DNA of 63,127 nucleotides, filler included, from Choristocarpus tenellus KU-1152 (lineage: Eukaryota > Protista > Phaeophyceae), in NCBI GenBank assembly GCA_964200185.2. It is 11 parts of 11 records of this genome, joined end to end, with 100 filler letters (N's around TTAATTAATTAA, not from the genome) between each part and the next. Parts side by side here need not be neighbours in the genome. Positions count along the whole stretch, not along the records: positions 1 to 9,080 come from CAXNAD020004009.1; positions 9,181 to 23,508 come from CAXNAD020001225.1; 9 more parts are not named here. One strand, written 5' to 3'. Positions 1-13,600 of the stretch are shown here, piece by piece (within the stretch, counting starts at the first letter, position 1; each line of letters starts with the position of its first letter). The notes beneath the pieces are model-generated. The model did no database searches. It worked only from the letters and a program-made list of their open reading frames with translations, and was not told where the DNA came from. A program made the translations under genes and the position numbers.

Positions 1-31
1 TTGATTATGGTGGGGGGGGGCGTGGCACAAT

Positions 32-185
32 GGCTCAAAGTATCTGGGGGGGGGATGGCAGCTGTCTATTTGGGGTGATTTGGTTACATACGTTGGATGG
101 ATAATGTATATGCACTTTTCCCGATTTTTCCCCAAATGGACACCCTGGTGTAGACTCTCCCCTCCCCCCCCAGATACTTTGGGTC
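32..185. mobile_element. MITE subfamily A (non-autonomous TIR DNA transposon)
   Basis: TIR GGCTCAAAGTATCTGGGGG ... CCCCCAGATACTTTGGGTC; 3-bp TSD AAT (29-31 / 186-188); homologous to several other copies in the window. Confidence 0.85.
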
Positions 186-963
186 AATCATGTGTCACCA
201 CCTTGCCCTTACTTCAAATCAACTGATACTTAATCAATGAGTACAACCACGGCCACAAGTGCGTACCAATATAGTAAGTAGGCTTAGGGTTAGGGTGCAC
301 CTGTCTGAGGTATAGGTCATTGACTACTGAGAAACATTGACTAAATGTCTACAGTTATTTTCATTTCTCCAATTCTATGTCATTTATATAGTAGTAGTAC
401 TCATTTTTCACTCAAATATATAATCAGCAAACATTTTGTCATTTACTGTACATTGTAGCTGTGGTAATTGGCGGTACAGTTTTGTGCAACAATGAAGCAT
501 ATTGAGTTAGTGAATTGTTTTGAGTTGCCATGTTTGATGAGACTTTAATAAAATGTGTTAGCTGCAACTCGCTTGTGCATGATGGAGGGGGGGCTTGTTT
601 GTGCAGGGCAGCAACAGTGGTGGGGATCAAGCTCAAGGTGGGGAGTTACGATCGCTCAAGGTTCACAGTTTGCTGACTTTTGAATGCTGTCTGGCGTAGT
701 ATGTTCATACAGTCATGCACACACAGAAACTCTAACATTATGTGGATATATCAACCAATCCGCCAGTTTGACATATTTATATAATTTCTTCAATTCAGAC
801 ATCAAGCCAAATAGATCGCCAACTACAAACAAGTCAGAAGAGTCCGAATGATGGTGTTAATCTTTATTGAATCGCACGTGTACTAGCAAGTCACTTAGTC
901 AAGAACTCAGCCCCTCTTCCAAAGGAAGAAAATCTCATGTAACAATTCCCCCTCGAATTTCCA

Positions 964-3900
964 TCACCTTGCCCCGCTCACCAGAGATGAGTCCATGGTG
1001 CTAAAGAAAGACCGAGTGGCCTGGACCTCTTGTGCTGACACAGGGAACCACCTGCCTTCAAACTCTCGTACGCGCTGTATGATTGCCTCTTCCTCTAGCT
1101 GCTTCTGAGTATTCCTACGCCGTTCTTCCCTTTGTATGCGCCGTTGCGTCTCAAGTCGAACAAGCCTCTCACTTTCAGCAGCCTCTGCATCCCTTTCCCC
1201 AAACAAAGCGGCTACCTTTGCCTTCTTCAGATCAGCCTTCCGATCCCTCTCCACCTGGCGCTCTACCTCCTTCCGCCGCTTCTCAGCTGCAACAGATCGT
1301 GATCGAACCAATGCTTGCGCCTGCAGAGCTGCGGCCTTAGTTGCACTCTCGACGTCCTTTCGGCTCTGAATCTCGAGAGCAGTCCGTGCTGCAGTCTGTT
1401 CTGCCTCTGTCTGATGCCTTCTCTTTTCCGATATGCGCACATGGGCTCTCCTTCGGGCTTCCTTGACTTTCTGAACAGCCTCTCTCATGCCTTCAGGCCG
1501 AGGCATGGACTAGTAGTTATTGACCCAGAGGAGGGAGGTGAGCGGAATAAAGTTAATGGTGTGTTCCTCTTGCACAGGATTTGGATTCTCAGACGCAGAG
1601 AATATGCTCTCACCTCTGCGGCTTTCTTTGATGCTGCTGTCCTGTGCTTTTTCGAACGCTCCTGAGCACGCCGTTGTGCACTCAGAACGCCCTGGACTGT
1701 ACTCCAATCCGTTTGTGCTTTTTGCTCCTGATGCTGTGTATTGGGCAATACACTATGAGACCCTCTAGCACCCTCACATGTTGAATGTGGGAGAGCGAGA
1801 CAATCATTTTCACGGGGGGTCTGACTCTTTGTTGGTGGTGGAGGTAAACTTGGATTGGAGCTGAGAGTCTGTGCAGAGGTTCGCAGTAGGTGTGGCAGCA
1901 TAGTGTCAGGGCAGAGACGGCGGAGGGTGAACATGTCAGGTGTTGGAAAACAAGATAGGAGAATGTCTACAGTTGCAAAGAAAAAAAACTAGTGAAAAAG
2001 ATAGTATTGTGGAAGGACTCTGGGGGTGAAAGAAGGTGTTTCCTTGAGAAGACAGGTGAGGTAGTGTGCATGAGCCCCGGGCTGGTAGACTGCTTAGGCT
2101 GATAAAACTGAGCTTAGTACTCAAATCATCTTGCTGCTATCATTGTGAGTAGAACACACTCACTTCCCCTGTTGTTGCAGTTGCACAACCATCCAGAATT
2201 ATTGCATCAAAAATGCAGGTGGAGAGTATTTTTTCCTTTTCTGTACTATGGAATACTTAAAAAAATATACTTGTTTGATTCCCCAGAGTTTGATCTAGGT
2301 GACTGGCAGTTTCTACTACTCTTGAGAACCACAAATAGACATTCTGAGTGCTACTTCTTCTACAGCAGGGTAGCCCATACATTGGTGGAGAACAAACTAC
2401 AAACACTTGTGTTTTTCCTCATCATATTGTGAACAGGGTTTAGTCTTTTGTTTGTGAAAGAAGCCCCTGGAGCATGTGTCAACTGGGTTCAACTGGGTGA
2501 TGGCCTAAAAGACTGATGCAAGAATGGTGAGAGTGAAAGTAAGCGAGAGCTACCCAGGTTTTGGTGGTTTTGCAATTTAACCGTTTTTTCAATCTTATGC
2601 AATTCACTTATGTTTCTATGGATGAAGTGCTAAGTTTCGACTTGAAAGCATTGATTTCTCTATTGTTTAAGAGTTTTTAACAGAATTCAGAAAATATCCT
2701 ACATGCATTTGTGAAAAAGTCAAATTTTGGACATATTTGTCAGCATCCTGAAGATTCAACTCTGGGTACCTCTGGCTTACTTTGACTCTGACCCAATCCA
2801 TATGTGTGTATATAATACTTAAAAATATTTGCATTTTGTTCAACCCCAAGTGCTTCTAAGTTGAGTGCAAAGTGTGAGGGAAAACATGTTCACTACATTA
2901 ATCACGTTTTCTTTTTCCGGAAAAATCTTGGCAATTTGTTGAAGACCATTCCTTGGTGTCTTCATGTAATGCTCGCAGCCAAACTACATGCTTTGAAGTA
3001 GTAGTCAAACCTTTCCATTACTCATCAACATATTTTTTATGTAAAGTTTCTTTTTACTCCTTATTTTTCAGCGTATCATCTACTACTCAGTGAGTCAAAC
3101 CAACTGAAAGGTAGGCAGGTTTGGACCCTTTTGAGTTCTGAGTCACCTTTCTTACCCTGTGCAATATTCTCTATTTCACAGCTTAATGTACACAATAGTG
3201 TACACAAAATCGGTATTCCCCATTTCCACACACAAAGTGATACCACCATTCAGCAAACACTTTTCCCGCAATTTATAAAATGGCATCTCTTTGCCCTTTC
3301 TCAGGATCCTTATAATGCAACCCTGCCTACTTCTCAGTCACTTAACCCAGCGGAATACTTGTGCACTCAACATCCTCATGCACGTCCATGATTCAACCTT
3401 GTCCTCTCTTCTCTGTGCTATGTTATGTTTCCCTAATCTAATATGATTAGTATCCAGCAAGTGCTCTCACTTATATAATCGATTTGTGCACATATATTTG
3501 GTGAGATTTGTGGATGGTGGGAAAGACTTTGGTCAGGGCAGAGGGGCATTGACTTCTATATTTTCCCCAATTATGTCAATAGACACTCAATCCTAGTATG
3601 GATCCGAGTTCCTCCTGAGAAGTCATGTGCATGGCTCAGATGCAAGCAAGCACTTCCATTGACCAGGTATGTTGCTAGCCAACACCTGTTGTGCAAAAAA
3701 TGATGGTTTCCCCTCCCATACACACATTTTATGTACATAGTGAAAATAGTGAATTATTATTCCAGTAGTACCTTCCTTTAATCCTTTCGTGGTGGAATAC
3801 GTGACCTCCAATCTCAACAATACACACTCCGCATGCAAGATATTCTTTCAACGTTAATTCTTCAAAACTTGATACCCAGTTCCTTCGATTGGCCCAAGAA

Positions 3901-5362
3901 TACTTGAAGTTCTTTGCTGAATAACAACGGAACTTGACACACTACAGTTGTAACAAAGAAAGGTGGAGATTGGTGGCAATATGTTAAAGAGGAAGTGGAT
4001 AGTAACGTTTACACTATATCCAAGCCACAAGGACGTGTTAACTTTTTAATGTAAATGTCAACCCTCGAGCCCCTGCAAGCACCCATTCATGAAAAACTGA
4101 TGCAGATATGTATACCAGTGAACTATAAATCAACTTGCCTGATCTGATATATGACAAATCTCTAGGGCAATATTAGTGATTTATGCATTCGTTCACTATG
4201 CAATGTAGCTCTGACCTGTGGAGCAAGTTTCAACCAGATATCAAAGTAGTGGTTTTCATTGGAAGGGTATGTTGCACCATTCGGAAATATATGATGTGTT
4301 GAGCTGCATGAAACATAATAAGCAGAAACAACCAGGCTACCAAATTCGCAAGCCTGCGTGTTCATAGCCCTCCTGGCGTATCCTTGCTGGAAATCAACAA
4401 GTTGAAGTATGGTATTGTGTATTTTTCACGATTTCCCCATCACCCTGTTGGCGTGTCCGATATCCTCTCTCACCTGCAGACATTCAGCCACAGAATGAAG
4501 ACCATGCTCATATTTTTTCCTGCCAGTGGTGGAGTATTCCCCTTTCCTTCTCTTCAACTGCGAATCTTTCCTCCTTAAATAAAGCATGGACGACATGTTG
4601 GTCTCCCCCGAAAATTCTTTTGATAGTGTGAAGCAGGAAGCACCCCCAGAGCCGACCTGCACTACAGTGTGTCTTTCTCCATTAACAAAAACCTCTGCCC
4701 CTTTGACAGTGGCCTTGCGTATCTCGGGTGGGGCCGACACCAAATTTGATCCGTTGACAACGGAAACAATACCAAGCCGTCGCCACCCCTCACCCTGTGG
4801 AGGAGGTACATCGGACGGTGGCCTCGAAAAAATATCTGGCACCGTTTTCAATTCGTCGTCTGCGAGACCTTTTTTCCCCTTGCCTTTGGCCTTTATTCGC
4901 CCTGGACTACCATGAATTGCTGCAATGCGTCGACTGGCCTCCAGCGTTGCTCTCTGCACGTCATCCGCCGCCGCGCAAAGCATCCTCGCCTTTTCGAGCA
5001 GTGACAGGCCTTCCGACTTCATCTCTCCATCTTCACCAGCGACAGGTTCGCTGCATGGCATATTTTTTCGTGGTAAAGGGGGCCCCTGGTAAGGAAGGAA
5101 CATGAGAGTTAACAGCATTTGGATCCGCGAGCAGTTTCTAAACAAAAGTTGAACCTTAAGAAAGTAATCGTCTCACCGCTTGGATAGGGGGCGAAGAAGG
5201 TGGAGGGGGTGGAGGAGGCTTCCGCCTGCGCTTGTTGGGTTGGGATATCTTCTTGGATGTTTCTCGACCTTGCAGACCGCGAATGTCGCTTACGAGGGTG
5301 CTGAGATCTCCAACAAATTTGGACAGATTTGGGACTCGGATATCCTCGCCGTCCAATTCCAT
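964..5362 (-). CDS. Multi-exon hypothetical protein with Pro-rich N-terminal part and C-terminal charged coiled coil
   Basis: In-phase GT-AG exons 5362-5177 (MELDGEDIRVPN..PIQA), 5085-4474 (GPPLPRK..AECLQ), 4386-~4333, 1868-1614 (TLSSNP..KKAAE), 1509-~982/964 (SMPRPEG.. E/R/K/A-rich). Joining the upper and lower exon groups into one gene is an inference; middle exons unresolved. Confidence 0.6.
2531..2788. mobile_element. MITE subfamily C (probably intronic)
   Basis: TIR GAGTGAAAGTAAGCGAGAG ... CTCTGGCTTACTTTGACTC; TSD TGA; inverted homolog at 8109-8370. Confidence 0.8.
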
Positions 5363-6167
5363 TCCTCTAATTAGTCGATATAGTCAGACTTGGAATATAA
5401 ACAGATGTTTGGAAGTATAGTACTATTGTTTCGTTACACAACAACAATTCTGTAGGTTGGAAGGGGTCCAAGGCTCCAGCGCTCCAGGGCCATTGGTTCT
5501 AAAATGAAAAACTTGTTGAACATTAGTAGTCGTAGTAGTAGTAGTGATCTCTACTTTTGTGAAATAAATCAACCACCTATTATGAAAGTAGGAGAAAACA
5601 CTATTAATATGTATCCTGCGTATTATAATACAACACACACATCACGACTGGTATGAGAGAGATAAGTAGATAAGGGATGTATTATATGATGACCGACGAG
5701 GATTACTGGAGTTAAAAGAGGACAGATTGTAAACACATGTTACACTATTATTTCTATTAGTTACCTGTTGGGTCGTAGTTATCATCCTAACCACTTTTAG
5801 ATCAAAGACAGTAGTAGAGGGAGGTTTCAAGTCCACGAATGTAAGCACATTTGATTTACTTGACCAACAAAGGTCCTTTGTGCATGACCTCTTTCCAAGC
5901 GAACAATTATTTCTACAGACTGCTTTATCTGGAATGAGCTGGTCCCCATCTATTTGCTTTCTTACATCTTGGATGCACAAGCATTATACTATAAGTACTG
6001 CTTACTGCATGATATGATCCCGGGTCCAGGATGGGGGAGACAGCACCAAAAACGAAACACTCAAAGAGCTACTATTATATCGTATTATTTTGTTGTGGTT
6101 GAATGGAGAAGAGGGGGAAAAAGGTATATATATGTTGGATGATCCGTGAGCGACAACAACGGCAACA

Positions 6168-6264
6168 GGCTCAAAGTATCTGGGAGGGGGTAGCGGCTGT
6201 CCATTTGGGGTCCATTTTTTCATGTCGNNNNNNNNNNCCCCCCTCCCCCCAGATACTTTAGGTC
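6168..6264. mobile_element. MITE subfamily A (spans a 10-N gap)
   Basis: GGCTCAAAGTATCTGGG ... CCCAGATACTTTAGGTC; 4-bp TSD AACA. Confidence 0.75.
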
Positions 6265-6905
6265 AACAATAGACGGATAGTTACCACTAGCAACAGAACA
6301 ACCGATGATACGCACCCAGAGATCTCTGAACAAGACATTGTAAATACGTTAATACTTCCCTCTTGAAACGGTATAATTCCCAAATACTGCACTCTGGTGC
6401 ATCCCAGCTCCTGTTTCAGACCAGATAATCACAGTTTGCAGGGTGAGCATAAGGATCCTTCTCAGAGCAAGAAAATGTATGCATATAGATAGGGAAAACA
6501 AAGAAATGCAATAGTACGCTCCAGTGGTTCCCTAACCCCCCAGATTTCAGTAGGTGCCTACAGCTCTGTGTCTGCCCATGATCCCATATGCCTCTTGAGT
6601 AATCAGTGAGCCATCCTGCAATTTTTTGGTATGGCACTCAGAGGGGATTTATTATTATGGCTGCTCGCACAACAATCTTTGCGGTGAGATGCATGGTGGT
6701 GCAGAGGATCACTCTTAATAGACTCAAAATATTTGAAACACTACTCTACTGTGTTCTGCATTGTCGTTGCTATATATATATGTATGTTACATTTCAGCAA
6801 CTCCTACGCGTTCCAAAAATTTGTTTAAATATATTTGTTTCGATAATTTGATCCCGATTTGATATTCTCGAATCTCGATTTGATATTCTTTGCGTAGTGT
6901 GAGGT

Positions 6906-7087
6906 GGGTCAAAGTATCTGGAGGGGGGGGGGGGGGTTCTACACCAGTGTGCCCATTTGGGACCTGACCAGGGGAAGTGAACTTCCATTATCCATCCGAC
7001 GCATGCAACCAAATCACACAAAAATCGTGACATGGAAAAATGGACCCCAAATGGACATCTGCCACCCCCCCTCAGGTACTTTGGGCC
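6906..7087. mobile_element. MITE subfamily A
   Basis: GGGTCAAAGTATCTGG ... CAGGTACTTTGGGCC; TSD GGT. Confidence 0.85.
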
Positions 7088-7196
7088 GGTAATGAGAAAT
7101 ATAATTATTAATGGTAAAAGACTTCTACAGTACACCTGGTCTGGAGTGCTAAGCAAGCTGAGATAAATAAAGCTAAAAGAGGAGCTCAGTCCCAAA

Positions 7197-7373
7197 GGCC
7201 CAAAGTATCTGTGGGGGGGGGTTCTACACTGGGGTGTCCATTTGGGCCATAACCAGGAAAAGTGCACTTACAGTATCCATTCGACATATGCAACCAAATC
7301 ACCCAAAATTTTTGACATGAAAAATTTGGCCCCAAAGGGACAGCCGCCACCTCCCCCCCTGATACTTTGAGCC
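7197..7373. mobile_element. MITE subfamily A
   Basis: GGCCCAAAGTATCTG ... CTGATACTTTGAGCC; TSD AAA. Confidence 0.85.
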
Positions 7374-8108
7374 AAATAAGTTGGAGTTGGCTGTATCTAG
7401 GAAAAGCTAGCCCGCAGTTTGCACGCAACGGTTGACCTTGTTGCTCTGCATGACCACAATGTATATACTGTGTGCTCTATCTATCGATAGTACTATGTAG
7501 TGGTAGGTTTGAAGCAGCAAAATTGCACTTTTTCCAGTATGAATATAGTAAGGTTGGGAGTTCAATTTCTTGCCAGAAAATCACTGAGAAGGACAACCTC
7601 ATGGATATGCGCGGATATGTTTGCTTTGAACTTTATTCTACCAAGGACAGTCGCACAATTCCCCTCCCTCAAAATGTATCTTTTTTGGATTATATTATTG
7701 AACCCTTCAACATATAATTCCCCCGCTTATAGTTCTTACTGCTTGTGAGCAACAATCCACCGCTAGGTAAAACTGCCAGTCGTGCCTTCACAAGTTCATT
7801 ATACAAATGAATCATGGTAAATTGGGACTTGCTCCCTGTAAATAGAACTCACACACAAACGAGAAATCGTCCTACATCATTGCTGATATAGTTCTGGGAG
7901 CGATGTGCCCAGCCCTTTGAATGGCTTGTTTGTTACTACCATGGAGGTCTCTAACTTTCCCCCTACACACACCACACTTCACCTTACAGAGTAATTTTTT
8001 TGTGTCCTTTTCTACCACCACAGTATCACAACAGGTATTACCTATCATTAGAGTATCCTCTTGTTTTGTGTCGCCGAATACATGTGGTACTCATTCTATT
8101 GTACCAGT

Positions 8109-8370
8109 GAGTCGAAGTAAAGACGAGAGGTTCCCTGAAATGCGTTTTTAGGATGCTGACAAATATGTAAACAATTCGTCTTTTTTACCAAGATGTATTT
8201 GGATATTTTTTGAACTTGTTTTGAACAGTATTAAAAAAATGAGTGAAACCAACATTCTCAAGACAAACTTCGGACTTCATCCATAGAGATCCTGTCGAAA
8301 TGCTAAATATTAAAAACAACTAAAAACTAAAAACGAACAAAGCCTGGGTACCTCTCGTTTACTTTGGGTC
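8109..8370. mobile_element. MITE subfamily C
   Basis: GAGTCGAAGTAAAGACGAGAGG ... CCTCTCGTTTACTTTGGGTC; TSD AGT. Confidence 0.8.
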
Positions 8371-9030
8371 AGTATCATCACTGTTTCACATTGTTATAGT
8401 AATACCTGTACGTTGCTGTTAGCAATATTGTCTTAGTAGCAAGATGCAGCTTGTAGATAAACCTGTATTCTGGATTGCTGATTAAACTACACTGCCTCCG
8501 GATTGTCGTTAAAATATAGAATAGCTTGTAGCATGTGCTATCTCCCCTTTCCAGGTGCACTGACTCAGATATGATAGAATATATCAAGTTCCACTATGAT
8601 AGGGGATTGAATTTATCATGTTACATAATAAAAGTTTACTCGCCCAGAATCACAGTACTAGTGGCATTCTGCTTGATTCAGTGGTAGCAGTAGTGTGTAT
8701 ATATATGAAGGTACTGCACACTTCTTCAATATTTCTGTGATAACTTTCCTTTGGGACAAAACGTTGTGGTTCGAGTTGTTTTGATACTACGTACCACACA
8801 GCAGTATGTATATGGTGACCCGACTACTTTCTACTTATCGCTATACTGCATCGAATGCTACGGATGACTGGTCTTATCACCAGTTTTCAAAACATTTTTT
8901 TATTATGCCCTCTGACATTTTGGAGACGTGTGAGGGGAAAAACTAATGAAAAGTTAGGAACTTGGAAGCCCTAGATTTTATATGTTTTTGTTTTTTTTGT
9001 CATTGTGAGACTATTCATTGACCATGTCTC

Positions 9031-9080
9031 AATAACAGCCGATTTCAAAAATTGAGGATGGAGCTTTTCATTGAGGATGG
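9031..9080 (-). repeat. Terminus of dispersed repeat family D
   Basis: TAACAGCCGATTTCAAAAATTGAGGATGGAGC matches the reverse complement of ends at ~24240-24288, 30236-30300 and ~34280-34330. Confidence 0.65.
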
Positions 9081-9180
9081 NNNNNNNNNNNNNNNNNNNN
9101 NNNNNNNNNNNNNNNNNNNNNNNNTTAATTAATTAANNNNNNNNNNNNNNNNNNNNNNNNNNNNNNNNNNNNNNNNNNNN
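9081..9180. other. Artificial contig-joining spacer (N44-TTAATTAATTAA-N44)
   Basis: Identical 100-bp spacer with stops in all six frames also at 23509-23608, 30136-30235, 33273-33372, 37185-37284, 41726-41825, 48123-48222, 51823-51922, 57493-57592, 60411-60510. Confidence 0.98.
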
Positions 9181-10485
9181 CTCCCAGATACTTTGAGCCA
9201 CACTCTTTTGTTCCCCTCAAACACCTTGTGGGGAACAAACAGTATGGTAGGTGGGGCAGAGAGCAGTTGACAAAAAAAGGCGGGCAGACACCGAAACCTT
9301 GCCAACCCGAACACTTCAAGTAAAGTTCAACACCCATAGAAAAAGATCTGCCCACCCACCCCGACTCATTGGCAGAGTCTGACAGGGTACTAGCTGTACC
9401 CCCTCTCTTCCGCTCAGCTCTCCATATCTTTTTTCAAAACTTCTGGAGCAAGTCCCTAACCTTTTGGTCGGACTCCGACTTTCCTCCTTCTAGCTGAATC
9501 CTTCGCTAGTGACATGCCATCGGGGAAACAGCACAGATCAATCTAATAGCAAGCCATATCCTGCCGTATTGTCCTGGACTACAACACATCTACAACAACA
9601 AATGGACAGGGGGAGATAAACGGTCACTTACTTTCAATATAGGAGAACGTACACATTGGATCTCTTAGAATTACTTCTCACTGGCTCCTGACGAAGCGGT
9701 CCTGGTCAGCAAACACTTCCGGCTTTGCACCTTTCCTCATCGCTGTGGTCGCAGTACATCTGGGCAAGGGTGTTGACATAGTGGATGGTGATCAGGGATT
9801 TCGTTGTCGTTGTCGTTGTCCTTGAATAAGTTGCTGTGTTGCCTGATCGTGACTGAGAAGGGTGGATCTCGATCAACGAATAATTACGACTTTATGGTAG
9901 TAGAGAAGAAACTGATGAAAGGTGGATCTTGGTGAACGAATGTTTTGATATCTATGAACTCTGAACGGTACAGTATATATAATATGTAGAACCTAGAATG
10001 AGAGAGTGCAACCAAAGGTGACAGAAAAATGACGAGTCCATTTTTCCTCGACATTTTCACTTTTCCTTGGACTCCAATAGTAAATGTTCTTCCATAAGAC
10101 ATTCAATAAATGATATTTCTGTCCTAGAAAAAAATAGATATTGTTTCCTCAAAATGGTTCTATTTTGAAAAAGGAAGATGTGGGATTGGGATGACAACAT
10201 AATTCTATCTATATGTAATATATATATGTTCTATAACCTGAAAATGGATGTGAAAACCATTAGGAAGATGTTCGATACAACAACTGAAAGAGACAAAAGA
10301 TCGAGGACAAAAGACAAAAGACATATATATATAGGGTGGGTATCAAACAGACGAAGAAGATCCGCTTTCCTATACAATTCGATTACAATTCTTGAATAAA
10401 TTGGAGGAAAATGGTAATAGTATATGTACATAGTATAGTATCGATATTAACTGAAATGAATATCACAATTGCGTGTGAAGAACAC

Positions 10486-10495
10486 GCGCGAAAAA
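10486..10495 (-). promoter_or_regulatory. E2F-like site (TTTTTCGCGC) ~120 bp upstream of the LRR-RGS start codon
   Basis: Exact match to the TTTSSCGC consensus in a locally CpG-rich 5' region; a single short motif could be chance. Confidence 0.25.
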
Positions 10496-10615
10496 GTTGT
10501 TGATAGTTTGTACATCCGTCCCAAATTGATTTGAAGGTCCGCTACACTTTACAATCAATACATGTCGAAATGCTCAACACCCACCTAAGTATGTGCATCA
10601 AATTAATAGCCGACC

Positions 10616-13600
10616 ATGAAGGACAGCGATGTCAGCACCGCGAACAGGGTCGGGGAAACGAGAAATCAGGTTTCAGATTACTCTGAGAAAGGTGGGCTCC
10701 TACTTTGTTGGGGTGGAATTGGTACGAGTTGGTCCTAAGATTTGGAGCATCGCAACTTTGTACATTTGACTGACTCTCCAATACATACTGAATTCAACAT
10801 GGAACATTTTCGATGCCATATTTATACCTGCCTACTACTGCTGTAATCCTGCATGCACTGCTACATTTATGGGGTTCTCAGGTCAAACACGGCGGGTGGC
10901 AAGTCGGGCACTTCAAAGCTTATACACTTCGCTTGGTGGAGAGAATTGGCGGCGAAAGGATGGTTGGCTGTGCCCCGGGAGTGATGTTACGAAGTGGCAT
11001 GGGTTAACTATAATGGAAGGAGCTGTTGTTTCGCTCAAACTTATCAACAACGAGCTTGAGGTGAGCTAAGATAGTATACCTTGGAACGTGATAAGTCAAT
11101 CTTGGACTTGGACAAATACATGTGCCACGGTACAAACAGTTACTCGCCCGAGAGCTCATCCAATTGAAGAAGTTTGCAGACCTGGAGAGTATACGGCTCA
11201 TGATGGTTCATGATGTGTCCTCGTACGCTGCAGGGGGACTCTTCCTTACAGTTTAATGTATGTAGTTCAAAGACATGTTATTGGTAGAGTGAACCTCGAC
11301 GTAAAAAGCATTGGGTACCTTGCATCCGAAAATGCAAATGCGTATGCTTATAACAGCCTTGAATAGAGAATGCTGCGTCTATTGCAGGTAATTTATTCTT
11401 CGCAGGTTGTCGATTTGTCAGTCCTCCACGGCTACTCTGGACTCTGAGGTGGTAGCCTGATGAAGTGCTCGTCATGAGCTGATCTGCATACGTATTAGCA
11501 CAAGTCATTGCCTAGTCTGAAGTATGGAGAGGCGCACTAGTAATTTCATTAGGTGGAAGTTTAGGATTATAGTCGCACAACAATAAGTGTTTCTCGAGAT
11601 AGGAAGCCTCGAAGTCTAACACTCTCATGGTCCATCTGCAAATATGCTCGGTAAAGGGAAGGAACTCTGTTATAGGCAACCTGAATGCGGTTTAGATGAT
11701 GCTGGCGTATAGCTTGCAAGGCTAGAGCGTCAGCTTTCATGTCTGGGATTTGAATATCTGCCTATCCACCAAGCCACTTGTAGCAGTTCGTAGGAGCACC
11801 CCTACATGCATGTACAATGGCATGTAAAAGGCGTATGAGTGTCATTTATGTCTAGGGATGTGACAGCGTGTACCAAACAATTTTCACTGCACGTTGTGTT
11901 GGATGTTAGGTCTTCCTTGTGCTAGAACCTCAATTTGTTTGTTTAGACCAATTTGAGTCAGGCACTGCCGCTTTGTCATACAGAGAACTATGCTGTGGTG
12001 TCCAAGTGTAGTGAGGTCTGATGTGTGATTCCAAGATGCTACTTAAGTCATGCCTCTTCTTTTTTTTCACCTGTGAATGAGGTGTAGGGTGAATTACCAT
12101 CAAGCATGTTCAAACTGGTGACTCTACAGGAACTGAATCTCTCCTACAACAATGGTATCAAAGGCTGTCTGCCTACGGATATTGGGAATATGACAAACCT
12201 TACTGTTCTGCATGTGTATGCTGCATCCCTTACAGGTGTGAACATGTGATTGGGTGAACGGTGAAGGTTAGAGTTACGGTTTGAAGCCTGCCTTGCATTG
12301 ATTGGAAGACAAGCTTACAGTTGTTGATGAGGTGATCGGATGTGGCAGTATCATGCTTCTCTTGCTTGAACCGAGATCATACTCAGATACCAGAAACCAT
12401 GGTTCCCAGTAAATCTTATTCTCAAGGTTGCTATCTTTGCTGCAACTGTGGAGCTATACTTGTGACAAAAAGGACTCATATTATGTACTTCACATCTCGT
12501 TTGTTGTGAACCTCTTTCTGTGTATATATACATGCAGGTCTGATACCAAAATCATTGAGCAACCTATGCAATCTTGAAGAACTCTGGCTCAATGGGAACC
12601 GGCTACAGGGCAATATCCCTCACAGCCTTGGGAAACTTCGTTCATTGCGTGAGTTGTTTCTTAACTCAAATGAGCTTATTGGCCCCATTCCGGAATCACT
12701 CAGCAGTCTGACCAAACTGGAAATTTTGAACCTTGGCTGGAACTTTCTGGAGGGGGACTTTCCGGACTACCTTGGAAATATGGTAAGTGAGGTGTGTATG
12801 TGCCCTGCTGCCTTTATCACATTAAATCTGCCCTGGTTTCTAATATACTGTATTTTGAGCTGTGTGGAAGATACATTTTGTTGAGTATATGTCTACAGAC
12901 TATACACAGGGATACTTGTTCAGGGACACAAAGTAAGCTATTGTTATTGTGGAGATTAGAAAATATTCGATGTGTAAGGATGATTTTAGGATTTACTGTG
13001 CCTGTGAGGAATCTTATAGGAAATTTTGTATGCCTAACTTTTGTTCACTCCTCTTGAACGTGTTTGAACGAGCGACTCGCAGTAATTGCTTCTTTGAAGC
13101 TGTGGCACCTGAGCCGTACTCATCAACTCAGAGCTGGCATTACCCAGTTGCTCAATCAACATTGTGACTCCACCGATTTTTTTTTTAATACTGACACCAT
13201 TTGGAACGTTGTTTGATATTTAAAGTGGGACCACACAGCCACTATATATCTGATCTAGGTGTGTGAAGTATACTGAAACCACTTGAACTACATAGAGCTC
13301 TAATACTATTGCGGGATTGATTTTCCCATATTTGAAAATATATTAAAATTCCCATATTTGAAAATATATTAAAATTCCCATATTTGAAAATATATTAAAA
13401 TTCCCCATTAGCTGTAACCCTAGAAAACTGATGTATTGTGGTAAGTGTAGGACAACAATACTAAGATTTAACAAGAAATACAAGAATGACACCCTCCGTC
13501 TGTTGATGTGGAGAGATAAGTTTTAAAAAATAGATATCTGCTCAAGGTCCATTTTTCTCTCCTTCCTATAATGCTGTTGGAGACTGATTGTGGTTATTGA

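Noticed and set aside
283-296. TTAGGG repeats as a telomere
   Set aside because: Only two units, internal
6794-7428. ORFs of 157, 62 and 80 aa
   Set aside because: Run through two adjacent MITEs; spurious. The same applies to 60761-60943 and 62752-63012
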